A stretch of 29,138 nt of DNA, from contig JAGHCE010000066.1 of the NCBI GenBank assembly GCA_021160625.1, forward strand, positions 1 through 29,138, read 5' to 3'. The DNA comes from Planctomycetota bacterium (lineage in GTDB: Bacteria; Planctomycetota; DG-23; SLPQ01). Under the pieces are notes generated by a model. That model saw nothing but the letters and a program-made list of their open reading frames with translations. It made no database searches and was not told where the DNA came from. Numbering within the stretch: position 1 is the first letter of the stretch; each line of letters starts with the position of its first letter. A program made the translations under genes and the position numbers. Below are positions 1-8,001 of the stretch, piece by piece.

Positions 1-1
1 A

Positions 2-250
2 TACACCGCCGCCTCCGGCCGCGTTTGTGGCGTCCGTCGTCCTCTCGGTGCCGGTGTACGGGGCTCCTCGGTCTGCGTACCGGCCGGGTGCACCAGCACC
101 GGGAATCCTCCCGGGGCCCTTGGTGGGGCCTGCTGCTGCGGCCGGGAACATCTTCGCTGCCGCCTGCGCCATGCGCTCGATCTGCTGCGTGGTCTCCTCG
201 AGCAGGCGGGCAAGCCGGTCGTAAGTCTCAAAGATATCCGAATCCATCAT
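2..250 (-). CDS. Partial ORF running off the left edge (MMDSDIFETYDRLARLLEETTQQIERMAQAAAKMF...); position suggests a tail-associated protein
   Basis: Translated by hand. ATG at 250, AAGGGG SD-like sequence upstream, no stop before the window edge (so absent from the ORF track). Directly follows the tail tube gene on the same strand. Confidence 0.6.
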   Translation of the reverse strand, partial: MMDSDIFETYDRLARLLEETTQQIERMAQAAAKMFPAAAAGPTKGPGRIPGAGAPGRYADRGAPYTGTERTTDATNAAGGGGV

Positions 251-292
251 CGAAACCCCTTTGGTTCTCGTTTCCGGGTGTTATGTGCGGCG

Positions 293-670
293 CTACGAGC
301 CGTACGTGTACGCTCCCGTGGACTCGAAGTCGAACGTGAAGTTGATCTTGTCCCCCGCCGGCGTCACCCAGGAGAGGCGGGTCACGTTGGCGACGAGATC
401 GTACTTTTCGCCCGACGCCGTGTGGAGCACCAACGCCACCTGGTCGCCCGCCGAGATCGACGGCGAGGACTTGGGCCCCTTGGCGGGGTCGAAGTCGGCG
501 CTTACCGTCCCGCTTATGTATTTCTTGACCAGGATGGACTCCCTGCAACCGCCCGAGCCGGTGCTGGTCGTCTCGGCCCAGTCGGCGCTCTCCCGGGCCT
601 GCCAGCCGGTCACGTCAAGCCTCGTGCTGCCGACTTCAACGTATCCGCCGTTGCCGCTCTGGTATGCCAT
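293..670 (-). CDS. Short phage tail tube (major tail) protein, TP901-1/GTA-like
   Basis: 125 aa with the motif AETTSTGSGGCRESILVKKYISGTV, resembling the E-T-T-x-x-x-S-x-G-W/F-R-E pattern of siphoviral tail tubes. Strong SD GGGAGGTG. Position after the tail terminator. No sheath gene seen. Confidence 0.7.
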   Translation of the reverse strand: MAYQSGNGGYVEVGSTRLDVTGWQARESADWAETTSTGSGGCRESILVKKYISGTVSADFDPAKGPKSSPSISAGDQVALVLHTASGEKYDLVANVTRLSWVTPAGDKINFTFDFESTGAYTYGS

Positions 671-730
671 TTGGAAACACCTCCCACTGGTAGTTTTCCA
701 CGGCCGCTGACGGCGTGGATGCGTTTTCGT

Positions 731-1339
731 TTACGTGGTTGTCGTGGTCGTCGCGGCCGTGGTGGTGGTCGTTGCCGCCGACGCGACCGACTCGCCGATC
801 ACGATTATCCGGTAGGTCGCCTGGTTGGAGGCGTCCTTGTTTTCGAGCCTGAGGACGTCGGCGGTTCCCGATGTCACCGTCCAGCCGACGTCCTGCCCCT
901 GGACCGCCGCCGCAAATCCGCCGGGTGAAACCTCCACGGTGTCGGCCGAGTCCCCGAAGAACCAGTCAAAGGCGTTCGTGCCCGCCCCGTCGCTGCCGCC
1001 TCCGACCTCGATGACCGATTGGCCCGCGCCGGCCTGGGCCGTGGTGTTGGAGATGAGCACCGCATGAACCCTGTCGAAGAGGGCATCGTCTCCCCAGTAG
1101 TCCTTCGGATCATTTGTGCCCGTACCGGCGAGGTCGATTGTCACCGTCGCTCCCGCCGCCAGCGTCCCCTCGTCCTGCCACAAGAGGTCCGAGCTCTTAG
1201 AGGCCGCCGAGGAATCAACGGCGAAGCTGAATACCTTCCCGAGGGACACCGTCCCGTTCGCCAGGTCGAAGCTTTTTGTGGCCGTTACCGATGCCTCGGC
1301 CTTCACGCTTCCGCTCAAAGTCATCTGCGTGCTGCCCAT
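731..1339 (-). CDS. Hypothetical virion structural protein with a C-terminal poly-Thr tail
   Basis: 202 aa, rich in G/A/T/S/D, looks beta-rich. Double SD (CAGGAG...AAGGAG). Ends SAATTTTTAATTTTTT. Lies within the tail genes. Confidence 0.7.
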   Translation of the reverse strand: MGSTQMTLSGSVKAEASVTATKSFDLANGTVSLGKVFSFAVDSSAASKSSDLLWQDEGTLAAGATVTIDLAGTGTNDPKDYWGDDALFDRVHAVLISNTTAQAGAGQSVIEVGGGSDGAGTNAFDWFFGDSADTVEVSPGGFAAAVQGQDVGWTVTSGTADVLRLENKDASNQATYRIIVIGESVASAATTTTTAATTTTTT

Positions 1340-1414
1340 TTGTGCTCTCTCCTTTTCTCCTGCAAATCACGCCTTTGCCGAACGTCGTTTTCGGGCGTAG
1401 GCGCTGCCGTTTTT

Positions 1415-1834
1415 TCAGTCGCCGGGGTCCCTCTGGACCATAAACTCCAGGTCGACGACGCCTCGCCAGACCTCCCGGCCCTCGCCGTTGGTGTCGGAGG
1501 CAAGGCGAAGGCCGTCGGCGGCCTTGGCCACCTGGATCACCGTGCCGCTTTCAAGGACGGGGGCACTCGCCGCGAAGAGGCGCTCGACGGCTCCCAGGGC
1601 CTCGGCCGAGTCTACGGCGCCGGTCGAATACGCCTCGAAGCGCACCGTCACGCGCTCCAGGGCGGCGCCGCCGGTGTCCCGTGAGAGCGTGCGCGCACTG
1701 CGCCGGCTCCACACGATGTAGGGCATCAAGGCGGCCTGCGCCGCGCGCCCGGCGTAGATGCCGCCGGCGGCGCGCGAGCTGACCTGGACGCTTGCGTGAA
1801 GAGAGGTATGTATAGCCTTTAGTAATGCTTTCAT
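1415..1834 (-). CDS. Tail terminator/tail completion protein (SPP1 gp17/DUF3168-like)
   Basis: About 139 aa from ATG 1834 (MKALLKAIH...). Pattern IYAGRA...MPYIVW...VRFEAYS...WRGVVDLEF. Synteny after head closure. The ORF-track start at 1909 overlaps the upstream gene. Confidence 0.65.
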   Translation of the reverse strand: MKALLKAIHTSLHASVQVSSRAAGGIYAGRAAQAALMPYIVWSRRSARTLSRDTGGAALERVTVRFEAYSTGAVDSAEALGAVERLFAASAPVLESGTVIQVAKAADGLRLASDTNGEGREVWRGVVDLEFMVQRDPGD

Positions 1835-1838
1835 ACGC

Positions 1839-2180
1839 CTACTGCTCCCGGCAGTCGGCCCTCCAGAGCCTGTCCAGTTCGCCCGCGTTCGAAACGCCGC
1901 CGACGACAAGAAAGCGCCTGGAGAACCTCAACCTGTCGCCCGGGCAAAGTCCCGGGTCGCTCGCGAAATAAACCGAATGCGTTACGCGCATATTGCGTTT
2001 TCCGTAGGTCTCGATCGTTTCAGCCTTTGCCGGCTGCACCCATGCGGGGACCGCCTGCCGGACGGTATTCCAGGTAGTGCGCCGCCCGCCGGCTGCGTCC
2101 TCGGTCGAGATTGCCCGCTCGACGTCGACGCTGTGGCCGCTTCGGGCCACGAGCGCCGCTATGTTGGTCAATGTACCCAT
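1839..2180 (-). CDS. Head closure/stopper protein (SPP1 gp16-like)
   Basis: 113 aa from ATG 2180, coupled by TGATG to the adaptor stop. Pattern EDAAGGRRTTW...VPAWVQP...THSVYF...PGDRL. The first 230 aa of the 343-aa track ORF are a spurious extension. Confidence 0.75.
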   Translation of the reverse strand: MGTLTNIAALVARSGHSVDVERAISTEDAAGGRRTTWNTVRQAVPAWVQPAKAETIETYGKRNMRVTHSVYFASDPGLCPGDRLRFSRRFLVVGGVSNAGELDRLWRADCREQ

Positions 2181-2758
2181 CACACCCTCACGTTTCGATA
2201 AGGGGCCAGAAGCCGCCTGACGACGGCGGGCAGTTCCATCCGGCCTGTCGGTTCGAAGCTGCGGCTGTAGTTGCCGAGTTTCTCCCCGGTGACGCCGCCT
2301 TCCGGCGATGCGTTTGCCCAGAGCCAGGCGGCCAGCTCGGCGGTGGCCTCCTGGACCGGCTGCGGTATGGCCGCAAAGCCGGCCGTGTAGGCGGCCTTCA
2401 CGTTGTGGAAACCCGCCGGGAAGTGGTGGTAGGCCGTAGCGGCGGCGCTCTTGAAACAAATCTCGCCCGTGGAGGCGTCCACGTCGAACATCTCCCCGGA
2501 GATTTCCACCTCGCCGCCGCCGGTCTCGATGATCCACACGGCCGACAGCGCGGTTACGGGGAAGTTGTCGAGAAACATCCGGTCTTCGCCGCCGCCGTCG
2601 TGGTATTCCGCCGTGTACGCGGTTTCGGCGAACGTGCGCTTGCAGTAGCTCTCGACTGCGGCGCTTGCCGCTGCCACGAGGCTCGCCAGGTACGCTGCGT
2701 CCGCATTCGCCAGCGCCGGTATTTCCCGCGCCCGCTCGGTTGTGATAAGGTCGCTCAC
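2180..2758 (-). CDS. Head-tail adaptor/connector protein (gp6/gp15-like)
   Basis: 192 aa. LVAAASAAVESYCKRTF, YTAGFAAIPQPVQEA and RLLAPYR are typical adaptor motifs. GTG start overlaps the upstream stop (GTGA). Confidence 0.85.
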   Translation of the reverse strand: MSDLITTERAREIPALANADAAYLASLVAAASAAVESYCKRTFAETAYTAEYHDGGGEDRMFLDNFPVTALSAVWIIETGGGEVEISGEMFDVDASTGEICFKSAAATAYHHFPAGFHNVKAAYTAGFAAIPQPVQEATAELAAWLWANASPEGGVTGEKLGNYSRSFEPTGRMELPAVVRRLLAPYRNVRV

Positions 2759-3024
2759 CGCCTCTTCTCCTCCAAATGCCTCTCCACCCGCTCCAGTATG
2801 ACCCTGGTTGCACGGACCTCGGCCTTGATCTCGGCCAGGTCGTCGGACTGCTTACGGACGGCGAGCTCACAGTTGTCGATGCGCTGCGAGCCGGCTCCTA
2901 TCGCGCTGGTGTTGGCCCGCACGTCGCCGACCGTTCCAACCCAGCCCAGGAGGACCGCGCCGAGTACGAGCGTCGAAACCCCGACGCCGATCTTTTGAAG
3001 AGTGGTGCCGTCCGCGTTGTTCAT
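2755..3024 (-). CDS. Small single-pass membrane protein with a C-terminal coiled coil (holin/XhlA-like architecture)
   Basis: 89 aa from ATG 3024 with an AAGGA SD. Hydrophobic stretch IGVGVSTLVLGAVLLGWVGTVG followed by heptad-like LAEIKAEVRATRVILERVE. Function unverified. Confidence 0.6.
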   Translation of the reverse strand: MNNADGTTLQKIGVGVSTLVLGAVLLGWVGTVGDVRANTSAIGAGSQRIDNCELAVRKQSDDLAEIKAEVRATRVILERVERHLEEKRR

Positions 3025-3056
3025 CGTTATCCTTTTCCCTTTCCACACCCCGTGGG

Positions 3057-3095
3057 GGGCGGGGGCGCAGCTGGTGTTTGCGCGCGCCCCCGCCC
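3057..3095 (-). terminator. 12-bp GC stem-loop after the major capsid gene (attenuator or mRNA-stabilising hairpin)
   Basis: GGGCGGGGGCGC (3057-3068) pairs perfectly with GCGCCCCCGCCC (3084-3095). No U-tract, so not a canonical intrinsic terminator. Confidence 0.45.
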
Positions 3096-3142
3096 GTCGT
3101 CCTGCCGCCGCACGAGGTGAAACGGCTTGTACTGCCGGCTTG

Positions 3143-4369
3143 CTATGAGCCCGAGGTGGTCGTGGTAACGGCCGAGCGCGCCCCCAGCGTCACAAAGGGG
3201 CTAAGCGTCGACGTCGAGTACTTGGGCGTCAGCGCCGCCGGCCACCACGGCTGCCCGTCGTAGCGAAGCGTGAAGCGGAAGGCCGTCTGGTCGTAGTCGA
3301 ACCTGAGATGAATCGACTGCGCCACCTGCAGTCCGCGCGCCTTTGTGCCCACGAGGTACTGTGAGAAGTCGGCCAGGATGATGTCGCCCTTGTCGCCGAG
3401 GGTCTGGCACTTTTTCGTCAGGATGAGCGGGCGGCCCATCAGGGTCCCGTAGGGCGCGTCGGCCGCCGCGTGGGCCGGCAGGTAGACCGGAACGCCGGCG
3501 CTGCCGACCGCCTGGGTCATCGTCGCCAGCGGCGGGAAGGTGTCGGGGTTGGCCAGCCACACCGCCTTTGCGGCGCAGCGCGGATGCAGCCTCGACCACA
3601 TCTTCACGATGTTTTCCCAGAGGATCGTCTCATCAGCCTGCTCCGATTCCTTGTCGAGGGTGATGGTGCAGGGGGCGTTTATGATCCCCAGCGGCATACC
3701 CGTACCGGTGCCGTTTACGTAGTCGTCGTCCTCCTGGAAGGAAATCGCCTCTGAGAACATCGCCGTCAGAAGCGGCTCCATCGAGATGGGCGAGTCTTCC
3801 AGGAGCTCGCTCGAGACGTAGACGAGCCCCGTGACCTTGTTGAGCGAGAGCTCCACCTGGCCGAAGGTCGGGTTCGAGGCGCTTATCTGGGAAGCCTCGC
3901 TTGCCCGGTAGATGACGACACCTCCGTAGACGCTGGAAACCTGCGAGGTCTCGTTGACGAAGGGGATCTTCACGGAGTTGGTCGCCATCGGGATGACCGT
4001 GGCGCGCGGGCGGACGATCGCCGCGTCGAGCGAGTTCTTCAGCAGCGTGTTCCTGAACTCCTCCGGTACGAGGAATCCCCCCTGCGAATCGTCGCCCTCC
4101 TGCATATGGCCGGCGGTCTTGGCCGACCACGCGGCCAGCTCCTTCGATGTCCCCGCGCCGGCTACCGACGCCCTTGCAACGTCACGGGCAAAGTGCGCGA
4201 AGCTCTTGAAGCCGCCGCTCTCGTCGTCGTCGCTTCGTTCGGCGACGGACGTCACAGGGGCACCGGTGCCGGAGTCGCCGAGGTTCTTGACCGCAGCCTC
4301 CACGGTTTCGCGCACCGTTTCGCCGAGTGCGGCCTTGACCGCCTGCTGGATATCTTCGGGTACGAACAT
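3143..4369 (-). CDS. Major capsid protein, HK97 fold
   Basis: 408 aa from ATG 4369 with an AAGGAGG SD. Motifs GGFLVPEEF, VSSELLEDS, NGTGTGMPLGI, LMGRP, ADFSQY and FDYDQTAFRFTLRYDG. Ends AVTTTTSGS. Confidence 0.95.
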   Translation of the reverse strand: MFVPEDIQQAVKAALGETVRETVEAAVKNLGDSGTGAPVTSVAERSDDDESGGFKSFAHFARDVARASVAGAGTSKELAAWSAKTAGHMQEGDDSQGGFLVPEEFRNTLLKNSLDAAIVRPRATVIPMATNSVKIPFVNETSQVSSVYGGVVIYRASEASQISASNPTFGQVELSLNKVTGLVYVSSELLEDSPISMEPLLTAMFSEAISFQEDDDYVNGTGTGMPLGIINAPCTITLDKESEQADETILWENIVKMWSRLHPRCAAKAVWLANPDTFPPLATMTQAVGSAGVPVYLPAHAAADAPYGTLMGRPLILTKKCQTLGDKGDIILADFSQYLVGTKARGLQVAQSIHLRFDYDQTAFRFTLRYDGQPWWPAALTPKYSTSTLSPFVTLGARSAVTTTTSGS

Positions 4370-4472
4370 TCTTCCTGCCTCCTTAGTGAGTTTTGTTTTC
4401 AACCATCGCCTCGGCCCTGCCGCCTCCGGATTGCAAACCCGCAGTCCTGGCGTCTCCGGGTCGAGCGTTTTC

Positions 4473-5270
4473 TTAGACTCTCCCGCGCCTGCGGTCGAGT
4501 TCGTCGCTGACCATCTTTGCAATATCCACTGCCGCCGCCGCCTGCCGGATGACCCGGCGCGTGACCGGATCGGTGCGCACCCTTGCCGGGAGCGACGCCT
4601 TCCCCGTGCGGCTAAGCATCGCAGCCGGCATCTCCTTGACCACGACAAGCGCCTCGGGGTTAGACTGCACCGGTGCCACCGCATATTCGAGCGCCAGCCA
4701 CCTGCGAATGACGGCGTGAACCCCCGTCAGGGCCGGGCGCTTTTCGAGCTCGTCGGTCTCGGGCGGTGAAACCTCAAGCGGCAGAAATCCTATGGATTTT
4801 CCCGGCAGGTCGCCGGACTTGACGAAATGCCACACCGCGTCGGGGAACCACTGGCCCTGCCAGTCGCCGGGCCTCTCGGTGTACCTGGTCTTGGCAAGCC
4901 ACCCGTTTACCTCGGCGTCGCGGTAACGCTTCACCCACAGCGCCCGGCCCACGGGCAGTTCGTCGTAGCGGTGTGCGAAGGTGACGATGGGGTTTTTCAA
5001 AAACTGCGACCAGTCGCCGCCGGCCGGCAGCATCACCTCGGAGTCGCGGTCCACGCAGTCGGTCGTGACGAGCGAGACGTCCGCGCGCTCGCCGTCCTTT
5101 ATCTCAAGCGACGCGGCCGCCGCGGCTACCCGTGTGAAGCCCATCTCCCGGCATTCTCTCGGCAGCCCCTTCCATATCCGCTCGACCTCCTTAGCGACGG
5201 CCGACTTCATCGGAAACCCGAACGGCCCCTCGGCGTCGCCGTAGGCCTTCTGGCTGGCGTATTTACCCAT
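4473..5270 (-). CDS. Prohead (capsid maturation) protease, HK97-type
   Basis: 265 aa. VDRDSEVM, NPIVTFAH (His), GKSIGF (Ser) and LEYAVAPVQSNPEA motifs. Lies between portal and capsid. Confidence 0.85.
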   Translation of the reverse strand: MGKYASQKAYGDAEGPFGFPMKSAVAKEVERIWKGLPRECREMGFTRVAAAAASLEIKDGERADVSLVTTDCVDRDSEVMLPAGGDWSQFLKNPIVTFAHRYDELPVGRALWVKRYRDAEVNGWLAKTRYTERPGDWQGQWFPDAVWHFVKSGDLPGKSIGFLPLEVSPPETDELEKRPALTGVHAVIRRWLALEYAVAPVQSNPEALVVVKEMPAAMLSRTGKASLPARVRTDPVTRRVIRQAAAAVDIAKMVSDELDRRRGRV

Positions 5271-6615
5271 TGCGTTTCTCCTTGCCGGTCGCTTCGGCGC
5301 CTGTTTCCGGACGAGTTGCGGCGGACTTGAGCGGTTCGCGGCCGATTTCCCGCCTGGCTTCGTTTATTGTTATGACGCCGGTCTCGAGGTGTATCTGACG
5401 CTGTCTCAAGGCCATCTCTCTGTCCTCGGGCACGGGGTTGTCAAACGCCACGAACAGCCTCTCGTCAAAGAGCGGACACAGCCTCTGCGAGAGGCGCTGC
5501 TCCAGGCGGCGGCACCTCGGCAGGATCGCGTTTCTCGCCAGCTGGTAGTGGCCGGCCTCGGCGTTCGCGCGGTTGACGTCCTTTGCCTGCAGCAGGCTCA
5601 TCGGCACCCCGAAGGCGTTTGCGATGTCCTCCTTGGTAAGTCGATGCAGCAGGGCGTTTTGCATATCCTTCGGTGGGAAGGTGAGAGGTTTCACGTCCAC
5701 CTCGTCGCTTATCACGAGGACCCCGCCCGACGAGCCCCTTCTGAATTTCCTGCGGAACCGGCGTTCGAGCCTTTGCGCCTCGGCTTGGCCCAGCCCCCCG
5801 TACTCTCCCTTGGCCGAGACGATGACGTCCGGCCGCGCACGGTTTTCCAGGATGGCCGCGGCGTTGGCCCTTTCCTTTTCTTCGAGCGCCACCGCCTCGT
5901 AGGCGGCCCTCAGCGGCGACCAGCCTTCGTGGTAGGGGTTCCTCAGGTTCGGCATATGAAAGGGGAGTACCTCGTCGGCCGAAAGACGCATCGTGGCCGC
6001 GCCGGTGTAATACTCCCAGGACTGCAGCATGCCGCCGGCGTTTCGCTTTGCCCGGACGTACTGCGGCTGCAGAACCCATATTGCGCTGACGATGCCCAGC
6101 CGGTTTCTCGGCAGCCACCAGTAGGCCGAGCCGACGATCTCCATATAGAGACAGGTAAGTTCGATGAGCGAAAACCCGTCCAGTTCGTCATTGACCCTCG
6201 TCAAGAGGTCAAGCAGCGGATGGTCTGTGACCTCTTCGACGTCGCCGGCCCTTGCCAGCCGCTTTCCGGCCACGGCCTTCGACTGAAGCCAGGTGCGGTC
6301 GGCGGCCTCAAGCGGCCTCGTTGGGCACTTCGGGCGGGCCTGTGTGTGCCTCGTTTCCACGTAGAGCCTCAGCCCCACGGCGGCCACCCCCTGCGCGCAG
6401 AGATTCGCGCAGGCGTAGGCCGTGCCTCGGTAGGACCGCACGAGATCGTCAGGGGAGGGCCCTCGCCGGCCACCCCACACGTCAAGAGACGCCCAGTCGC
6501 CGCGCTCGCGGCCAAGATTGGTAGACCCTGCGTCCTTGGTCCGGCCCCTTCCGGCGATCCACAGGCCGAGTTTTTCCCGCCAGGGCGCTGGGCCCCGCCA
6601 CGTCTTAGTCCTCAT
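5263..6615 (-). CDS. Phage portal protein, HK97-like
   Basis: 450 aa. AYACANLCA, HPLLDLL, GWSPL, IANAFGVP, NRANAE and GVITINEARREIG motifs. Confidence 0.93.
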   Translation of the reverse strand: MRTKTWRGPAPWREKLGLWIAGRGRTKDAGSTNLGRERGDWASLDVWGGRRGPSPDDLVRSYRGTAYACANLCAQGVAAVGLRLYVETRHTQARPKCPTRPLEAADRTWLQSKAVAGKRLARAGDVEEVTDHPLLDLLTRVNDELDGFSLIELTCLYMEIVGSAYWWLPRNRLGIVSAIWVLQPQYVRAKRNAGGMLQSWEYYTGAATMRLSADEVLPFHMPNLRNPYHEGWSPLRAAYEAVALEEKERANAAAILENRARPDVIVSAKGEYGGLGQAEAQRLERRFRRKFRRGSSGGVLVISDEVDVKPLTFPPKDMQNALLHRLTKEDIANAFGVPMSLLQAKDVNRANAEAGHYQLARNAILPRCRRLEQRLSQRLCPLFDERLFVAFDNPVPEDREMALRQRQIHLETGVITINEARREIGREPLKSAATRPETGAEATGKEKRNG

Positions 6616-6817
6616 CCAGCTCTCCCGCTATCACTGTCCAGATTTCAGGGTTGTCCGCCGCGCACCAGGGCTTTTCGCCCCTGCCGCTTTCCTGCCTCGC
6701 CTCTTCTGGCCGCAGTGGGGCCTCATCAGGCTCCTGCGGCAGGGACGAGGCGTTTGGCGCAGAGCTTTCGGGCGCCTCTTCGAGCGTGTCGTGTTCGAGG
6801 TTCCCCGGCTTGCTCAT
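6605..6817 (-). CDS. Small acidic, probably disordered protein between terminase and portal
   Basis: 70 aa. ATG coupled to the terL stop (ATGA) and 3' end overlapping the portal start. E/P/S-rich with a KPWCAADNPEIW motif. Confidence 0.55.
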   Translation of the reverse strand: MSKPGNLEHDTLEEAPESSAPNASSLPQEPDEAPLRPEEARQESGRGEKPWCAADNPEIWTVIAGELDED

Positions 6818-8001
6818 ACCGCCACCTTTCCCCTGTCGACGCCCATCACGAGGTATCTCAGCGCGTCGCAGGCGTGGTTGAACTCGTCAAGCGGCGTCTC
6901 GGTCGCCTTGTCGTCGGGGTACCTGTAGGCGCCCAGCTCCGCGCAAAGGGCCGTGCAGCGTTTTGAAATGAGGAGGGTGCCCGCATCGAGGCGCGAGTTG
7001 ACCGCGTTTATGCCGGTGATAATGTCGTTGGTCGCAGAGCGTACGTTGTGGCCGGCGCGCCTTAGCTCCGCGATGGAATGCGGCTGGGACGGGTCGGCGA
7101 ACCACACGTGGCCGCCAGGCAGTGCGCGCGAGTGGTCCCTCAGAAGCGTTCTCGTCCTGTAACGCTCGTAGTGGATGTAGAGAACCTCGCGAACGTCCCC
7201 GTCCGCATAGACGTTGCCGCCGAGGGCCGCAAAGGGGTTCGTCCAGCCGAAGTCGATTCCCCCGACAAGCCTGCCCGCCGGCGCCTCGAAGTGATTGACG
7301 AAAAACTTCCCGGCGTCCGGGTACACCAGCCCCTCGGCCGCCGCCCATACCCCTTCGTAAAGCCGCGATCTCCGGTGCCCCGAAAGCTCGGACAGGCGGT
7401 CAAGATATTCGCTCGTGACGGCGGGGTTGTCCTCGTGCCGGCTGGCCAGGCGCGTCATCCGGCCCGCTTTTGCCCGCCGGATGAGCCAGTGGCCCGGATG
7501 CGACGGGTTGCAGTCGGCTATGGCCTGCTGGAAGGCGAGTACGTGGTTGCGAAGGCGCGTCAGGAGCATCTCCCAATCGTTCTCGGAAATCTCGGTTGCC
7601 TCGAAGACGACGATGACGTCATACTCGCTCGACATTATCCGCTCGACGTTGTCGAGGCCGCCGATGATGAGCTGTGAGCCGTTCGGGTAGCGGTACGAGT
7701 GCCTCCCCGATCGCTTCGGTCCGAACTTAAGGCGTGACCCGGCGGGGAGCACCTTTTCCTCGAAGGTCGTCAGCACGCTCTCGGTCATCGAGGTGCGTGT
7801 CTTTCTGACCAGGAGCGCCCGCATACCGGGTACCTCCTGCGCGAGGAGGTGAACCTTTTCGAGGCAGGCCCGCGTCTTGCCGGTTCCCGCCGGGCCGTCG
7901 ATGAGGACCTCGAAGTCACGGCAGTAAAAGAGCGCCTTAGCCGCGCCGTGCGGCTGGTAGGGGCTCGAGTGCGCCGGAATGTCAGGAAACGTCGTCGTCA
8001 T
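6814..8001 (-). CDS. terL: Terminase large subunit
   Basis: 395 aa. Walker A GPAGTGKT, Walker B-like VIVVFEA, and nuclease acidic residues in GIDFG, FADPS and NHACDALRY. Confidence 0.93.
   Translation of the reverse strand: MTTTFPDIPAHSSPYQPHGAAKALFYCRDFEVLIDGPAGTGKTRACLEKVHLLAQEVPGMRALLVRKTRTSMTESVLTTFEEKVLPAGSRLKFGPKRSGRHSYRYPNGSQLIIGGLDNVERIMSSEYDVIVVFEATEISENDWEMLLTRLRNHVLAFQQAIADCNPSHPGHWLIRRAKAGRMTRLASRHEDNPAVTSEYLDRLSELSGHRRSRLYEGVWAAAEGLVYPDAGKFFVNHFEAPAGRLVGGIDFGWTNPFAALGGNVYADGDVREVLYIHYERYRTRTLLRDHSRALPGGHVWFADPSQPHSIAELRRAGHNVRSATNDIITGINAVNSRLDAGTLLISKRCTALCAELGAYRYPDDKATETPLDEFNHACDALRYLVMGVDRGKVAV

Noticed and set aside
3143-4369. Encapsulin or nanocompartment interpretation of the HK97-fold protein
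   Set aside because: Portal, terminase, protease, adaptor and tail genes are all present, which indicates a DNA-packaging particle.
4370-4684. N-terminal 105-aa extension of the capsid ORF in the track
   Set aside because: It overlaps the protease gene in another frame and is Arg-rich nonsense. A perfect AAGGAGG SD precedes ATG 4369.
5389-6966. 525-aa plus-strand ORF and other long antisense ORFs (12865-13863, 14680-15840, 20551-21696, 24498-25550)
   Set aside because: They lie opposite clearly recognisable genes, have R/P/G/A-biased composition with no motifs, and are expected shadows in high-GC DNA.
7595-7625. TerL Walker B reads VVFEA with no Asp, suggesting possible inactivation
   Set aside because: The catalytic Glu is present, Walker A and the nuclease residues are intact, and this position varies among terminases. 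No evidence of decay.
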